From Christensenellales bacterium (lineage in GTDB: Bacteria; Bacillota; Clostridia; Christensenellales; SZUA-584), in contig JAXGMA010000001.1 in NCBI GenBank assembly GCA_040768905.1, forward strand, positions 383,464-447,463: a stretch of DNA of 64,000 nt. The letters run 5' to 3'. The notes under the pieces are model-generated. The model was not told where the DNA came from and searched no databases. It was given only the letters and a program-made list of their open reading frames with translations. Shown here in pieces: positions 52,911 through 62,354 of the stretch (the first letter of the stretch is position 1; every line of letters begins with the position of its first letter). Both the position numbers and the translations under genes were made by a program.

Positions 52911-53541
52911 AGCTATTCCCCTATCCTGTTAAATTGCCCGATGCTGTGATTGGGGAAATAAAAGCGAAATATAAAAGGTTTTATACTCATATATGCACGA
53001 AGACGGTATACAATTACATCGACAAAAATGCATTTCTGAAAATGACAATTAAGATTTGCCGGTAAAACACTTTCCGTTCGGTCTATGCTGCGGCCTTTGA
53101 GGTTGCTAAATTCCCAAAAGGCGCATTAAATGCATAATTATTCGAGACGTATCTTTTGATACAGAACAGCAGATGAGATATTTGCAGCATAGGTGTAGCT
53201 GGTATTATATGGTGGGCAATTAAACTTGCAATCTGCAAAACCTGGGGTTATATGCGTACTTTTATTGACAGTTTAATTCTATTGTGATTTAATATAAATG
53301 AAAAAAGATGAAGAAAAATGCAATAACTATGAAGTAAAATTAAGTATAATAAATAAATAAATATGGAAAATGCATGACAAATGCATAAGAAAATGATGGA
53401 ACATGTAGCAATATTGTGCTCAATTAATCAAATAACAAGAAAAACGTGCGAACGGCTATGAATATCAATAAAATAGACGAAGGTAAATGAAAATATAAAG
53501 AAGTAAAAAGAAGGAAAGTCATAGCGATACGTGAATCGAGC

Positions 53542-54363
53542 ATGAGTATTATGGTAGAAGATATTTCTATAAAGCAAAATTGTATGCCGTCTGATTTATA
53601 CTGTAATAATTTGAATCAAAATAGCATGCCGAAACGGCATTTGCCTTTTTCTTTGGATGTCAGTGGAGCACGAAAAGTTCTTCGGCAAGAACACAAATTT
53701 TCAATCACACAAATACAATTCAGACAGCACAGCGCATCGGTATCAATAGTAATGAATACAGACAAGAATAATGGACGTGACGGGTATATGGTGCGTTCAT
53801 TATATTTTGATACCCTCAACGATTACGATTATTGGACAAAAATTGACGGTGTAGACTCGCGCAGAAAAATCCGCTTGCGGATTTACAATACCGACAGCGC
53901 ATTTGCGCAGCTTGAAATGAAACAAAAACAGTCTATATACCAGTTAAAACGCTCGATAAAAATTAAACGCGAAGATGCGATTATGCTGTCGGAAGGGCAG
54001 TATACCCCGCTGCTTTGCTATGATGACCCCTTCGCGGTCGAGTGTTATACGCTGCTCAGCACGAGAGGTTACGTACCCAAAACCATCGTTCAATATCAAA
54101 GGCTGGCGTTTGTGGGCAAAGGAGAAGACATACGGATTACTTTTGACCATGAGCTTAAGGCATCCGAGAGCTGCTTTGATCTTTTCTCGGACAAACTGTG
54201 TTTGTATCCGATCAAAGATTCATTCAATGCTGTATTAGAGGTAAAGTACAATGGTTTCTTATTTAGTTACATAAAGGAATTGCTGCAACGGTTCGAAAAA
54301 AGTCCTGTGGCTTCAAGTAAATACTGTATGGCCCGCACAGTGACGCTTGGAACATATATCTAA
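53542..54363 (+). CDS. VTC / polyphosphate-polymerase-domain protein
   Basis: RQEHKF, VRSLYFD, RRKIRLRIY, RITFD, LEVKY, SKY. Confidence 0.88.
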   Translation: MSIMVEDISIKQNCMPSDLYCNNLNQNSMPKRHLPFSLDVSGARKVLRQEHKFSITQIQFRQHSASVSIVMNTDKNNGRDGYMVRSLYFDTLNDYDYWTKIDGVDSRRKIRLRIYNTDSAFAQLEMKQKQSIYQLKRSIKIKREDAIMLSEGQYTPLLCYDDPFAVECYTLLSTRGYVPKTIVQYQRLAFVGKGEDIRITFDHELKASESCFDLFSDKLCLYPIKDSFNAVLEVKYNGFLFSYIKELLQRFEKSPVASSKYCMARTVTLGTYI

Positions 54364-54374
54364 AGGGAGGCAAT

Positions 54375-55052
54375 ATGAAAGACATACTGTTAGACTTGTT
54401 TGAATCAACAAACGATACATTGGATTTAGGGCAGATTGCGACCAATATTGGCTTTGCGGCTGTGCTTGGTATTGCAATTTTTTTGTCCTATTGGGTCAGC
54501 CATACCGGCACGATATACAGCAAGAAATTTAACGTATCTTTGGTTACGCTCACCATTTTGACCGCAACGGTAATGTCTACGATTAGCAATAATATCGCAT
54601 TATCTTTAGGCATGGTTGGAGCGCTTTCAATCGTTCGGTATCGTACAGCGGTAAAAGATACGCGCGATACGGCATATATTTTCTGGAGCATCATAGCGGG
54701 CATATGCAGCGGCGCAGGTGATTATGTTGTGGGATCGGTTGGCTCGGCCATCGTTTTTGTTCTTCTGCTGATATTAGGGAGGGTAAAGAACGACAACAGA
54801 GTGCTGATTGTCGTTCGGGGCGCGTTAGCACATGAAAAGGATATTGAGGTGGCCATATTCGATCTATTCAAAAACCGAGCTTCATTGAAAGTTAAAAACT
54901 CCACATCTGAATCAATCGAATTTATCTATGAGGTATCAAAGAAAGCGTATAAAGATGTTCAGAAGAAAGAAACAGGATTGTTCGATTTGATTTATAAAAT
55001 CGGGGATATCGATTATGTGAATGTCGTTACTCAAAATGATGATATCGCATAG
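54375..55052 (+). CDS. DUF4956 membrane protein
   Basis: NIALSLGMVGALSIVRYRTAVKD. Confidence 0.88.
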   Translation: MKDILLDLFESTNDTLDLGQIATNIGFAAVLGIAIFLSYWVSHTGTIYSKKFNVSLVTLTILTATVMSTISNNIALSLGMVGALSIVRYRTAVKDTRDTAYIFWSIIAGICSGAGDYVVGSVGSAIVFVLLLILGRVKNDNRVLIVVRGALAHEKDIEVAIFDLFKNRASLKVKNSTSESIEFIYEVSKKAYKDVQKKETGLFDLIYKIGDIDYVNVVTQNDDIA

Positions 55053-55066
55053 GAGTATGACGCCCT

Positions 55067-56518
55067 ATGAAGTATAGGATTCTGTGTTTTATTATAATAA
55101 TACCAGTTTTGTTGCTGTCGTTATTTTTATCAAAGAATAAAAACGGTTTAATAAGCCGTACGCACCAACATTTAGCGTATAAAGAAAAGACTCAGAGCGA
55201 ACAGGACAAAGACGTGTTTTGGACGCATTTACCGATCATCAAGCTGGATATGGACGGACAGGAACCGGAGGTTTTCAGGGTCGTATATGAAAACGGCATA
55301 TCCGATTCTGTTTCCGCCGACATAAAAGGCACGGTAGAGGTGATAGACAACGAAGAACAAAACAATCATCTTGCCGATCAGCCATCGATGCGCGTTTTAT
55401 CGAACATCAGAGTCAGAGGAAATTCGTCAAAACAATACAATAAAAAGAATTATAAACTCAGTTTTATCTATGAAGACGGCAGTGAAAACAAGCAAACCGG
55501 ACTGCTGGGGATGGAGCCGCATGACGAATGGGCTTTGCACGGCCCGTATCTTGACAGAACGATGATCCGAAACTATTTGTGTATGAATATTACGGGACAG
55601 GTGCTGCCTTATACGCCCGATGTCAGGTTCTGCGAACTTTTTGTGAACGGAGAATACCGGGGCCTTTATGTTGCCATGGAGACCATCGCAAGAGGAAGGG
55701 GTAGAGTGGATATAAAACGGAATGAGGACGGAGATAAAATATCAAGTTATTTGTTGCAGCAAAACTGGTATATTGATAGTCCGAATACAATAGAACCTTT
55801 TACTTGGTACACAAAAATGGCGGATTATTCTACGAGCATACGAATTATGTATCCGGGCAGCAGGTTAACTCCTGAGATCAAAGAGTCAATCACACAGGAG
55901 ATCAGTTCATACGAAAAGGCGCTGTATTCTTTTGATTATAACGACCCGGTGCATGGGTATCAGTCTTTTTATGATGTGGGTTCCTTTGTGGATTATGCAA
56001 TAATCAACGAATTTTTTCAAAACGGGGATGCCGGTTCGTTATCCACATATTTTTACAAAGATTTACGCGGCAAGCTGCATATAGGGCCTGTCTGGGATTT
56101 TAACAATGCGTTTGATAATTTTAATGAACCGGTACCGGATTTTACTACTATGCATTCCTTAAGATATAATATGCTCATAAAAGACAAGGAATTTGTTGAA
56201 CGACTCATAAGACGATACCGTGAATTGAGAAAAACCGTACTTAGCGAGGACTATCTTTTTGATTATATAGATGACACTGTGGCGTTTATCGAACCCGCGC
56301 TGGAACGCAATTTCGAGGTTTGGCCCGATACATTTGACTATGAAATAATGCAGGATGAAATCAGGCTTGATTATGAGTGGCGCAACCCAAAAAACTATGA
56401 AGAAGCGGTCGATAAGTTGAAGGAATTCATAAAAAAACGCGGCAGCTGGCTGGATAAACATATAGAAACTTTGCGTCAGTTCTGCCACGAATCTGCGACT
56501 AAGAAACACAACCGATAA
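55067..56518 (+). CDS. CotH-family kinase, membrane-anchored
   Basis: RVRGNSS..KKNY, DRTMIRN, NGEYRGLY..E, GPVWDFN. Confidence 0.88.
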   Translation: MKYRILCFIIIIPVLLLSLFLSKNKNGLISRTHQHLAYKEKTQSEQDKDVFWTHLPIIKLDMDGQEPEVFRVVYENGISDSVSADIKGTVEVIDNEEQNNHLADQPSMRVLSNIRVRGNSSKQYNKKNYKLSFIYEDGSENKQTGLLGMEPHDEWALHGPYLDRTMIRNYLCMNITGQVLPYTPDVRFCELFVNGEYRGLYVAMETIARGRGRVDIKRNEDGDKISSYLLQQNWYIDSPNTIEPFTWYTKMADYSTSIRIMYPGSRLTPEIKESITQEISSYEKALYSFDYNDPVHGYQSFYDVGSFVDYAIINEFFQNGDAGSLSTYFYKDLRGKLHIGPVWDFNNAFDNFNEPVPDFTTMHSLRYNMLIKDKEFVERLIRRYRELRKTVLSEDYLFDYIDDTVAFIEPALERNFEVWPDTFDYEIMQDEIRLDYEWRNPKNYEEAVDKLKEFIKKRGSWLDKHIETLRQFCHESATKKHNR

Positions 56519-56546
56519 GCCTGAAGTTTGGGTATGCAACTTAAGG

Positions 56547-58739
56547 ATGTGGCCAATGATATCGATGAAGAAATACTTAATAGTCTGTTTGATTTTGCTT
56601 ATAGCTTTTATTGCGGGCTATAATCTATACTACTATACCGACTTTTATATTGGCTTGTTTGCACCTGAAGTGACCACCTTTATGAAAACAGATGAAGAAA
56701 ACATATATATGTTCAAAGACGGACAGTATCAGGAGTTTGAAATAAAGGGTGTCAATATGGGCGCCGGCGTTCCCGGGCATTTCGCGACCGATTATGCCAT
56801 TACCAAAAAGCAGTATTTAAGGTGGTTTGACCAGATCAAGCAGATGGGGGCCAACACGATACGTGTTTATACCATACTGGGCCCGGCATTTTATGAAGCA
56901 GTATATGAATACAACACCGGCAATGATGATCCTGTCTATATCATACATGGACTTTGGCTCAACGATTATGTGCACTTCTCTCATCGGGACGCGTACCACA
57001 ATGATATTTTAGGTGCGCTTGAGCGTGACAGCCGAAAATTGGTCGATGTGATCTGGGGCAACCGAAACATATATCTTGGCAAAGAGGCCGGCACCGGTTT
57101 ATACAGGCGCAACATATCCCCGTGGGTCATCGGTTATATACTGGGCGTAGAATGGGAGGATTTAACCGTCATATATACCGATCGCAAATATGAAGGGAAA
57201 AAGGATGGTTTTCAAGGCAAATACATGTATACAACGTCCGAGGCTTCACCTTTTGAAGCGTTTTTGGCTCGCATAGGCAACGGTATCATAGATTATGAGA
57301 CGAAGAGGTATGGTGTGCAAAGGCTTGTTGCTTTTTCCAACTGGCCGACAACCGACCCGTTTGATTATAACCACGCCATTACGTATTTTTTCAATAAGGT
57401 TGCCAAAGTTGATGTTGAGCACATAAAAACGACCAATCGTTTTATTTCGGGCACTTTTGCGTCTTACCACGTGTATCCTTATTATCCTGATTATTTGAGT
57501 TATGAGGAAGGTTTGAGCCTGCGGCTGGATCTGGACGGAAAAATCAACACCTATTATTCGTATTTAAAAATGCTCAAAGAGCACCATGACATGCCGGTTG
57601 TTATCAGCGAATATGGTCTGCCCTCCTCGCGCGGCATGACGCAGAGGTATAAGTACGGTGCCCGGCATCAGGGCGGTATGTCGGAGTATGAACAGGCGGC
57701 CGCACTTGTGGACTGTTATAACGACATAAAAAATGCCGGATGCGCGGGCAGTATCGTTTTTTCATGGCAGGATGAGTGGTTTAAACGTACGTGGAACAGT
57801 ATGCATGCCATAGACATGCTAAACACAGCCTATTGGAGCGACTATCAAACAAATGAGCAGTATTTTGGGCTGCTTTCTTTTGATCCTGGCGAAGAAAAAA
57901 GCATCTGTTATGTGGACGGCGATATCAAGGAATGGGAAAACATTGAACCGCTGATCAAGCAAGACGATCTGGTACTGTCTATGATGTATGACGAAAAATT
58001 TATATACTTTATGGTTGAGGGCAAAGACATTTCAGACAAGGATGATCTGTACCTGCCGATCGATGTCACGCCAAAGACGGGAGCAAAATACTGCGACAGT
58101 TATAACATGTTTTTTGACAGAGGTGTTGATTTTATTATAAAAATCAGCGGTGCGGATGAAAGCAATGTGGTTGTGCAGGAACGTTATGAGGTGCTGCGCG
58201 CTGCTTATGGTCAGGAGGTGCTTGAGATAAACCCCTATCAAACGCCTCCCGAAAAGGATACGCCCAAATTCAACCCTATCAATATGATACTTCGGATGAC
58301 AGTGCTGATGGATGAAAATGATGTTGCGCATTTGACGCCGAGAGAGTTCTCAAAGCTTGAGCATATTTTAGCGGAAGTCTATGAAACAGGCAAGCTGGTT
58401 GAAGGCAACGCAAATCCATACAAACAGAATTACAATTCGCTGGCTGATTTTAGTTATGGAGAAGATTGTGTCGAAATTAAAGTGCCATGGCAGCTTCTTA
58501 ACTTTTCCAATCCCAACGAGATGAAAATACATGATGACTATTACGAGAATTTTGGTATCAGCTATATCAATATTAATGAATTGTATATAGGCGCGGCCAA
58601 AAACCCAGCGGCTGGCAGTGAGATCGAAACGACAGCATTTTCGCTCGAAGCCTGGGGTCAAAAAGTGACGTATCATGAGCGCCTAAAACCCGCTTATTAT
58701 GTTTTGCAAAAATTATGGTCGGAGGGAGCAACGCAATGA
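56547..58739 (+). CDS. Secreted TIM-barrel glycoside-hydrolase-like protein
   Basis: IKGVNMG, GANTIRVYT, G.EW, YHVYPYYP, ISEYG, WQDEWFK (GH-A clan-like Glu pair). Confidence 0.7.
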   Translation: MWPMISMKKYLIVCLILLIAFIAGYNLYYYTDFYIGLFAPEVTTFMKTDEENIYMFKDGQYQEFEIKGVNMGAGVPGHFATDYAITKKQYLRWFDQIKQMGANTIRVYTILGPAFYEAVYEYNTGNDDPVYIIHGLWLNDYVHFSHRDAYHNDILGALERDSRKLVDVIWGNRNIYLGKEAGTGLYRRNISPWVIGYILGVEWEDLTVIYTDRKYEGKKDGFQGKYMYTTSEASPFEAFLARIGNGIIDYETKRYGVQRLVAFSNWPTTDPFDYNHAITYFFNKVAKVDVEHIKTTNRFISGTFASYHVYPYYPDYLSYEEGLSLRLDLDGKINTYYSYLKMLKEHHDMPVVISEYGLPSSRGMTQRYKYGARHQGGMSEYEQAAALVDCYNDIKNAGCAGSIVFSWQDEWFKRTWNSMHAIDMLNTAYWSDYQTNEQYFGLLSFDPGEEKSICYVDGDIKEWENIEPLIKQDDLVLSMMYDEKFIYFMVEGKDISDKDDLYLPIDVTPKTGAKYCDSYNMFFDRGVDFIIKISGADESNVVVQERYEVLRAAYGQEVLEINPYQTPPEKDTPKFNPINMILRMTVLMDENDVAHLTPREFSKLEHILAEVYETGKLVEGNANPYKQNYNSLADFSYGEDCVEIKVPWQLLNFSNPNEMKIHDDYYENFGISYININELYIGAAKNPAAGSEIETTAFSLEAWGQKVTYHERLKPAYYVLQKLWSEGATQ

Positions 58740-59878
58740 CGGTTGAGGTAATCATATACAGCTGTATCTATGTGTGTTGTTGTATCATCTTGTTCGACCT
58801 GATATATTTGTCTAATGCATGGTATTGCGAAAAGGTGTTGCCGGGAAGAACGGCTTATTTGGAAAAACAGATTAAGAAGTATATAGAAGACCAAACGGAT
58901 GTTGAACGCATTGATAAGTTCATTAAAAGGTTACACAGGCGTCTGAAAGATCTCAATTGGATTTTTGCCTACTTTCATGCCTCTATGCGCATAAGAAAAG
59001 AGTATGCGAAGGAACCTGTGCAAATGCTTGGGTTCGCAAATTTAAATATCACGTTGTTTAAAGAATTGTCTGTACGGTACAAAAGAATGAAAAATGAAAG
59101 TAAAGCGTTTTTTGCATATATCGTGTTTGAACTCATGCCAAATAGCTGCGAAGACGAACTTTATCTTAAGATTTTCAACGACCTGATAAAGAACTTGATA
59201 TCGTTTATGCATTCGAAATCTGTTTTTGTACGGTGTAATGCATTCCGAGCCATTGTAAAGACAGGATCTGTGGATTATGTATACCACTCTTTAACCGTTA
59301 TTAACAACAATGTGCATCTGCGGAACGGCAAATTTTTCAGTGATTATCTGCTGGAATTTACGGGAGACACCGATGAGCTGGTAAACAGGATTCTAAAGAG
59401 TTTCTTTGAATTTTCTTCAGATATGCAGGTTGCCATCATCAATTATCTGCGGCTGCTTCCGCCCTTAGGGCTTAAGGTTCGTTGTTATCCTGTGATACTT
59501 AAAGTTCTTTGTTCGCCCAAAACGAACGGTGAAGCCACCATAGCGGCCATCAGGTTTTTTGGGAAGCATAAGTGTGACGATGCTTATGAAAAACTTTTAG
59601 AGTTTCTTGAGGTAGACAATGAAGATTCAATGGGGTTTAATTATGCGGCTGTCGCTGCAGGCGCGCTTAGGAACTACGGTTCTCAAAGAACAATTGACGC
59701 ATTATTGAAAAAGCTCAGCAGCCGAGACTGGTATGTGCGCTATAATTGTGCTGATTCGCTGATTTATCTCAAGGTGGACTATGAAGAGATCGTTTCAAAA
59801 AGCACCGATCCATTTGCAAAGGAGATGATCATTCACAGAAGCGAAGTTTACAAACTGAGGAAAGGAGAAACCGCATGA
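58736..59878 (+). CDS. Membrane-anchored HEAT-repeat protein
   Basis: N-terminal TM; SVFVRCNA and DWYVRYNCA repeats. Confidence 0.75.
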   Translation: MTVEVIIYSCIYVCCCIILFDLIYLSNAWYCEKVLPGRTAYLEKQIKKYIEDQTDVERIDKFIKRLHRRLKDLNWIFAYFHASMRIRKEYAKEPVQMLGFANLNITLFKELSVRYKRMKNESKAFFAYIVFELMPNSCEDELYLKIFNDLIKNLISFMHSKSVFVRCNAFRAIVKTGSVDYVYHSLTVINNNVHLRNGKFFSDYLLEFTGDTDELVNRILKSFFEFSSDMQVAIINYLRLLPPLGLKVRCYPVILKVLCSPKTNGEATIAAIRFFGKHKCDDAYEKLLEFLEVDNEDSMGFNYAAVAAGALRNYGSQRTIDALLKKLSSRDWYVRYNCADSLIYLKVDYEEIVSKSTDPFAKEMIIHRSEVYKLRKGETA

Positions 59879-61314
59879 TAGAGGTCGTAAAAACAATATA
59901 CACGTGGATAGAGGCATTCTTTCTTGTGTATTTGGCGGTATTTTCATTCTTTTTGATTACTTCTGTGACAGTCGGCGCCATATCACTAAATGATCAGAAA
60001 CGCCGAAACAAAATGTTCAATGACTTAAAAAGCGACTATTATATACCGATCAGTGTAATCGTACCTGCTCATAACGAAGAGATGACCGTCGTTGATTCTG
60101 TTACCTCTTTACTGTCGCAAAAGTACAAGCTGTTCGAGATCATCGTGGTGGATGATGGTTCCAAAGACAACACGGCTAAGATGCTGATAGACAGTTTTGG
60201 GTTGAAGAAAATCACCAGGCCTATACGCAAGAAAATACCCTGTACGCCCGAGGATGCGGTTTATGTCTCCTATGATTACAAAGTGCCCATTACATTGGTT
60301 ACCAAAAAAAACGGAGGCAAAGCGGATGCGTTAAATCTGGGCATCAGTGCTTCCGAATACCCTTATGTGATCTGTATTGACGCTGACTCAATGCTGCAGA
60401 ATGACGCTATGGAAAAAATAGCGAGCTGCGCGATGGAATCGGATGACGTGATCGCGGTCGGCGGGCTGGTCCGTATAGTCAATGATGTTGTGGTGGAAAA
60501 CGGCGTTGTGGTGGATTATAAACTGCCCAAAAAGCTTCTGCTGTGTATGCAGGTGTTTGAGTACGACCGATCGTTTTTAGCGACTCGGCTTTTATTTGAT
60601 AAGTTTAACGGTAACTTGATTGTATCAGGTGCTTTTGGTTTGTTCAGAAAAGATATTCTAATAACAATGGGCGGGTACAACGCTGATACCATAGGCGAGG
60701 ACATGGATATTATTGTGCGTATGCACGCTGTTGCTAGAACAAACAACATACCATACAGAATACGTTATGCGGCAGATGCCGTTTGCTGGAGTCAAGTGCC
60801 AAGCTCATTTAAAGATCTGGCGAAACAGCGCCGCAGATGGCATATTGGTCTTATGGAAAGCATAAGGAACCACAGGCGTATATTGTTCAATCCTTCATAT
60901 GGAACACTCAGCCTAATATCGTTTTCGTACTATGTGGTTTACGAGCTGTTTTCTCCTGTCATTGAGTTTTTTGGGCTCACCGCCATTATTGTCGCTTCGG
61001 CGTTCAGACTGACAAACGTTCCTTTTATGCTCATGCTTCTTGGAATTTACGTTGTGTTTAACTCGATCGTGTCATTAACAGCGTTTTTCTCTCGTGTATA
61101 CGCTATGAACGTAAAATTAAAAAGAAAAGATATTTTTAAGGCGATGTTCATATCGTTTTTTGAAAACATAGGGCTGAGGTTGATGCTGGTATTTGTGCGG
61201 TTCTCTGCAATAATAGGATACAAAAGAAGAAAGAGTGAATGGGGAGTTATAGAGCGCACAAAGCATGAAACAAACTCCACCGTATCTCATGACAGCGTAG
61301 TCCATAAGAGGTAA
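59875..61314 (+). CDS. Processive GT2 glycosyltransferase (PgaC/IcaA-like)
   Basis: PAHNE, DDGS, NGGKADALN, DAD, GED, QRRRW. Confidence 0.92.
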   Translation: MIEVVKTIYTWIEAFFLVYLAVFSFFLITSVTVGAISLNDQKRRNKMFNDLKSDYYIPISVIVPAHNEEMTVVDSVTSLLSQKYKLFEIIVVDDGSKDNTAKMLIDSFGLKKITRPIRKKIPCTPEDAVYVSYDYKVPITLVTKKNGGKADALNLGISASEYPYVICIDADSMLQNDAMEKIASCAMESDDVIAVGGLVRIVNDVVVENGVVVDYKLPKKLLLCMQVFEYDRSFLATRLLFDKFNGNLIVSGAFGLFRKDILITMGGYNADTIGEDMDIIVRMHAVARTNNIPYRIRYAADAVCWSQVPSSFKDLAKQRRRWHIGLMESIRNHRRILFNPSYGTLSLISFSYYVVYELFSPVIEFFGLTAIIVASAFRLTNVPFMLMLLGIYVVFNSIVSLTAFFSRVYAMNVKLKRKDIFKAMFISFFENIGLRLMLVFVRFSAIIGYKRRKSEWGVIERTKHETNSTVSHDSVVHKR

Positions 61315-61318
61315 TGGA

Positions 61319-62329
61319 ATGAAAAAGATTTGGTTTGTTGTCATGCTTATCATGCTCGGGTTGCTTGTAGCGGCAATGCACATATATATATTTGATAATG
61401 GCTCAGAGCAGCCAGCCAATAATAATGCGTCAACCGGGCCGGCGGATTTTGATGACGAAAGTGTTGAAAAAACAGTTGACGAATCCGATACCGGTTATGT
61501 GCCGGGTATCGTATCGGGCGACGAGGTTTTTCAAAACATTAATGAAGAGGGGTATCAAAAAGGTTTGTTCTCGTGGGAAAACAACGCATACGATTCCGAG
61601 AATAGATCTGACATGTATTTAGCGATCCATTCTCTTGAAATCAACGAAGTGTATCAGGATTTTAATGGCGCAGAGCCCAACGATGAAGATGCGCTTGATC
61701 TTGCCCGCGAGCTAAAGATTATGGATGTGGACTTATATCTGCTTACGGGACACAGCGAGTGGGCGTATGAAGCGGATGGCGCGCCGATGCTTGATGAGAT
61801 CGAGCGTGCAGCAGCGTTCAGGGACGCATGGGGTGAGAATACGCTCAAAGGCATCGTATTCGATATCGAACCTTACGGATCGCAAAGATGGAAGCAGGGC
61901 GAGAAAACCGTGTTGATGGAGAACTATGTGTCGGGCATGAAGGTTGCCTACCAAGCGGCTAAAAGCGAGGGGTTTAGAGTGATATTGTGTATCCCTACTT
62001 GGTACGATAAACACTACAACGAATATTTTGTTCGCTTGAGCGATTGCTGTGACGAAATATCTGTAATGAATTATGTTCGCGAAGACGAATACGTCAATAT
62101 GGTCGATGAAGTGGAGTACGCCAGAAAGATGGATATGGGTGTCACATGTATATTGGAATTTCAAGAGGTAGGAAAGCATGAACTTGCCGAGGAGCACACG
62201 TATTACATTGATGGTATAGATGCGGCGGTGACCAGTTTTAATAATCTTTATCGTGAGTTTAACTATCCGAGGTTAAAGCTCGCATTTCATTATTTAAAGC
62301 CGCTTAAACAGCTGCTGTTAGATTGGTAG
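61319..62329 (+). CDS. Secreted hypothetical protein (TIM-barrel glycosidase-like)
   Basis: Signal anchor; GIVFDIEPY, ISVMNY. Confidence 0.6.
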   Translation: MKKIWFVVMLIMLGLLVAAMHIYIFDNGSEQPANNNASTGPADFDDESVEKTVDESDTGYVPGIVSGDEVFQNINEEGYQKGLFSWENNAYDSENRSDMYLAIHSLEINEVYQDFNGAEPNDEDALDLARELKIMDVDLYLLTGHSEWAYEADGAPMLDEIERAAAFRDAWGENTLKGIVFDIEPYGSQRWKQGEKTVLMENYVSGMKVAYQAAKSEGFRVILCIPTWYDKHYNEYFVRLSDCCDEISVMNYVREDEYVNMVDEVEYARKMDMGVTCILEFQEVGKHELAEEHTYYIDGIDAAVTSFNNLYREFNYPRLKLAFHYLKPLKQLLLDW

Positions 62330-62354
62330 TATTGAAACGGAAGGAGAATGACCT

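Noticed and set aside
61756-61762. Another CGAGTGG core
   Set aside because: Lies inside an intact CDS with no arm repeats, operator or palindrome; a chance 7-mer
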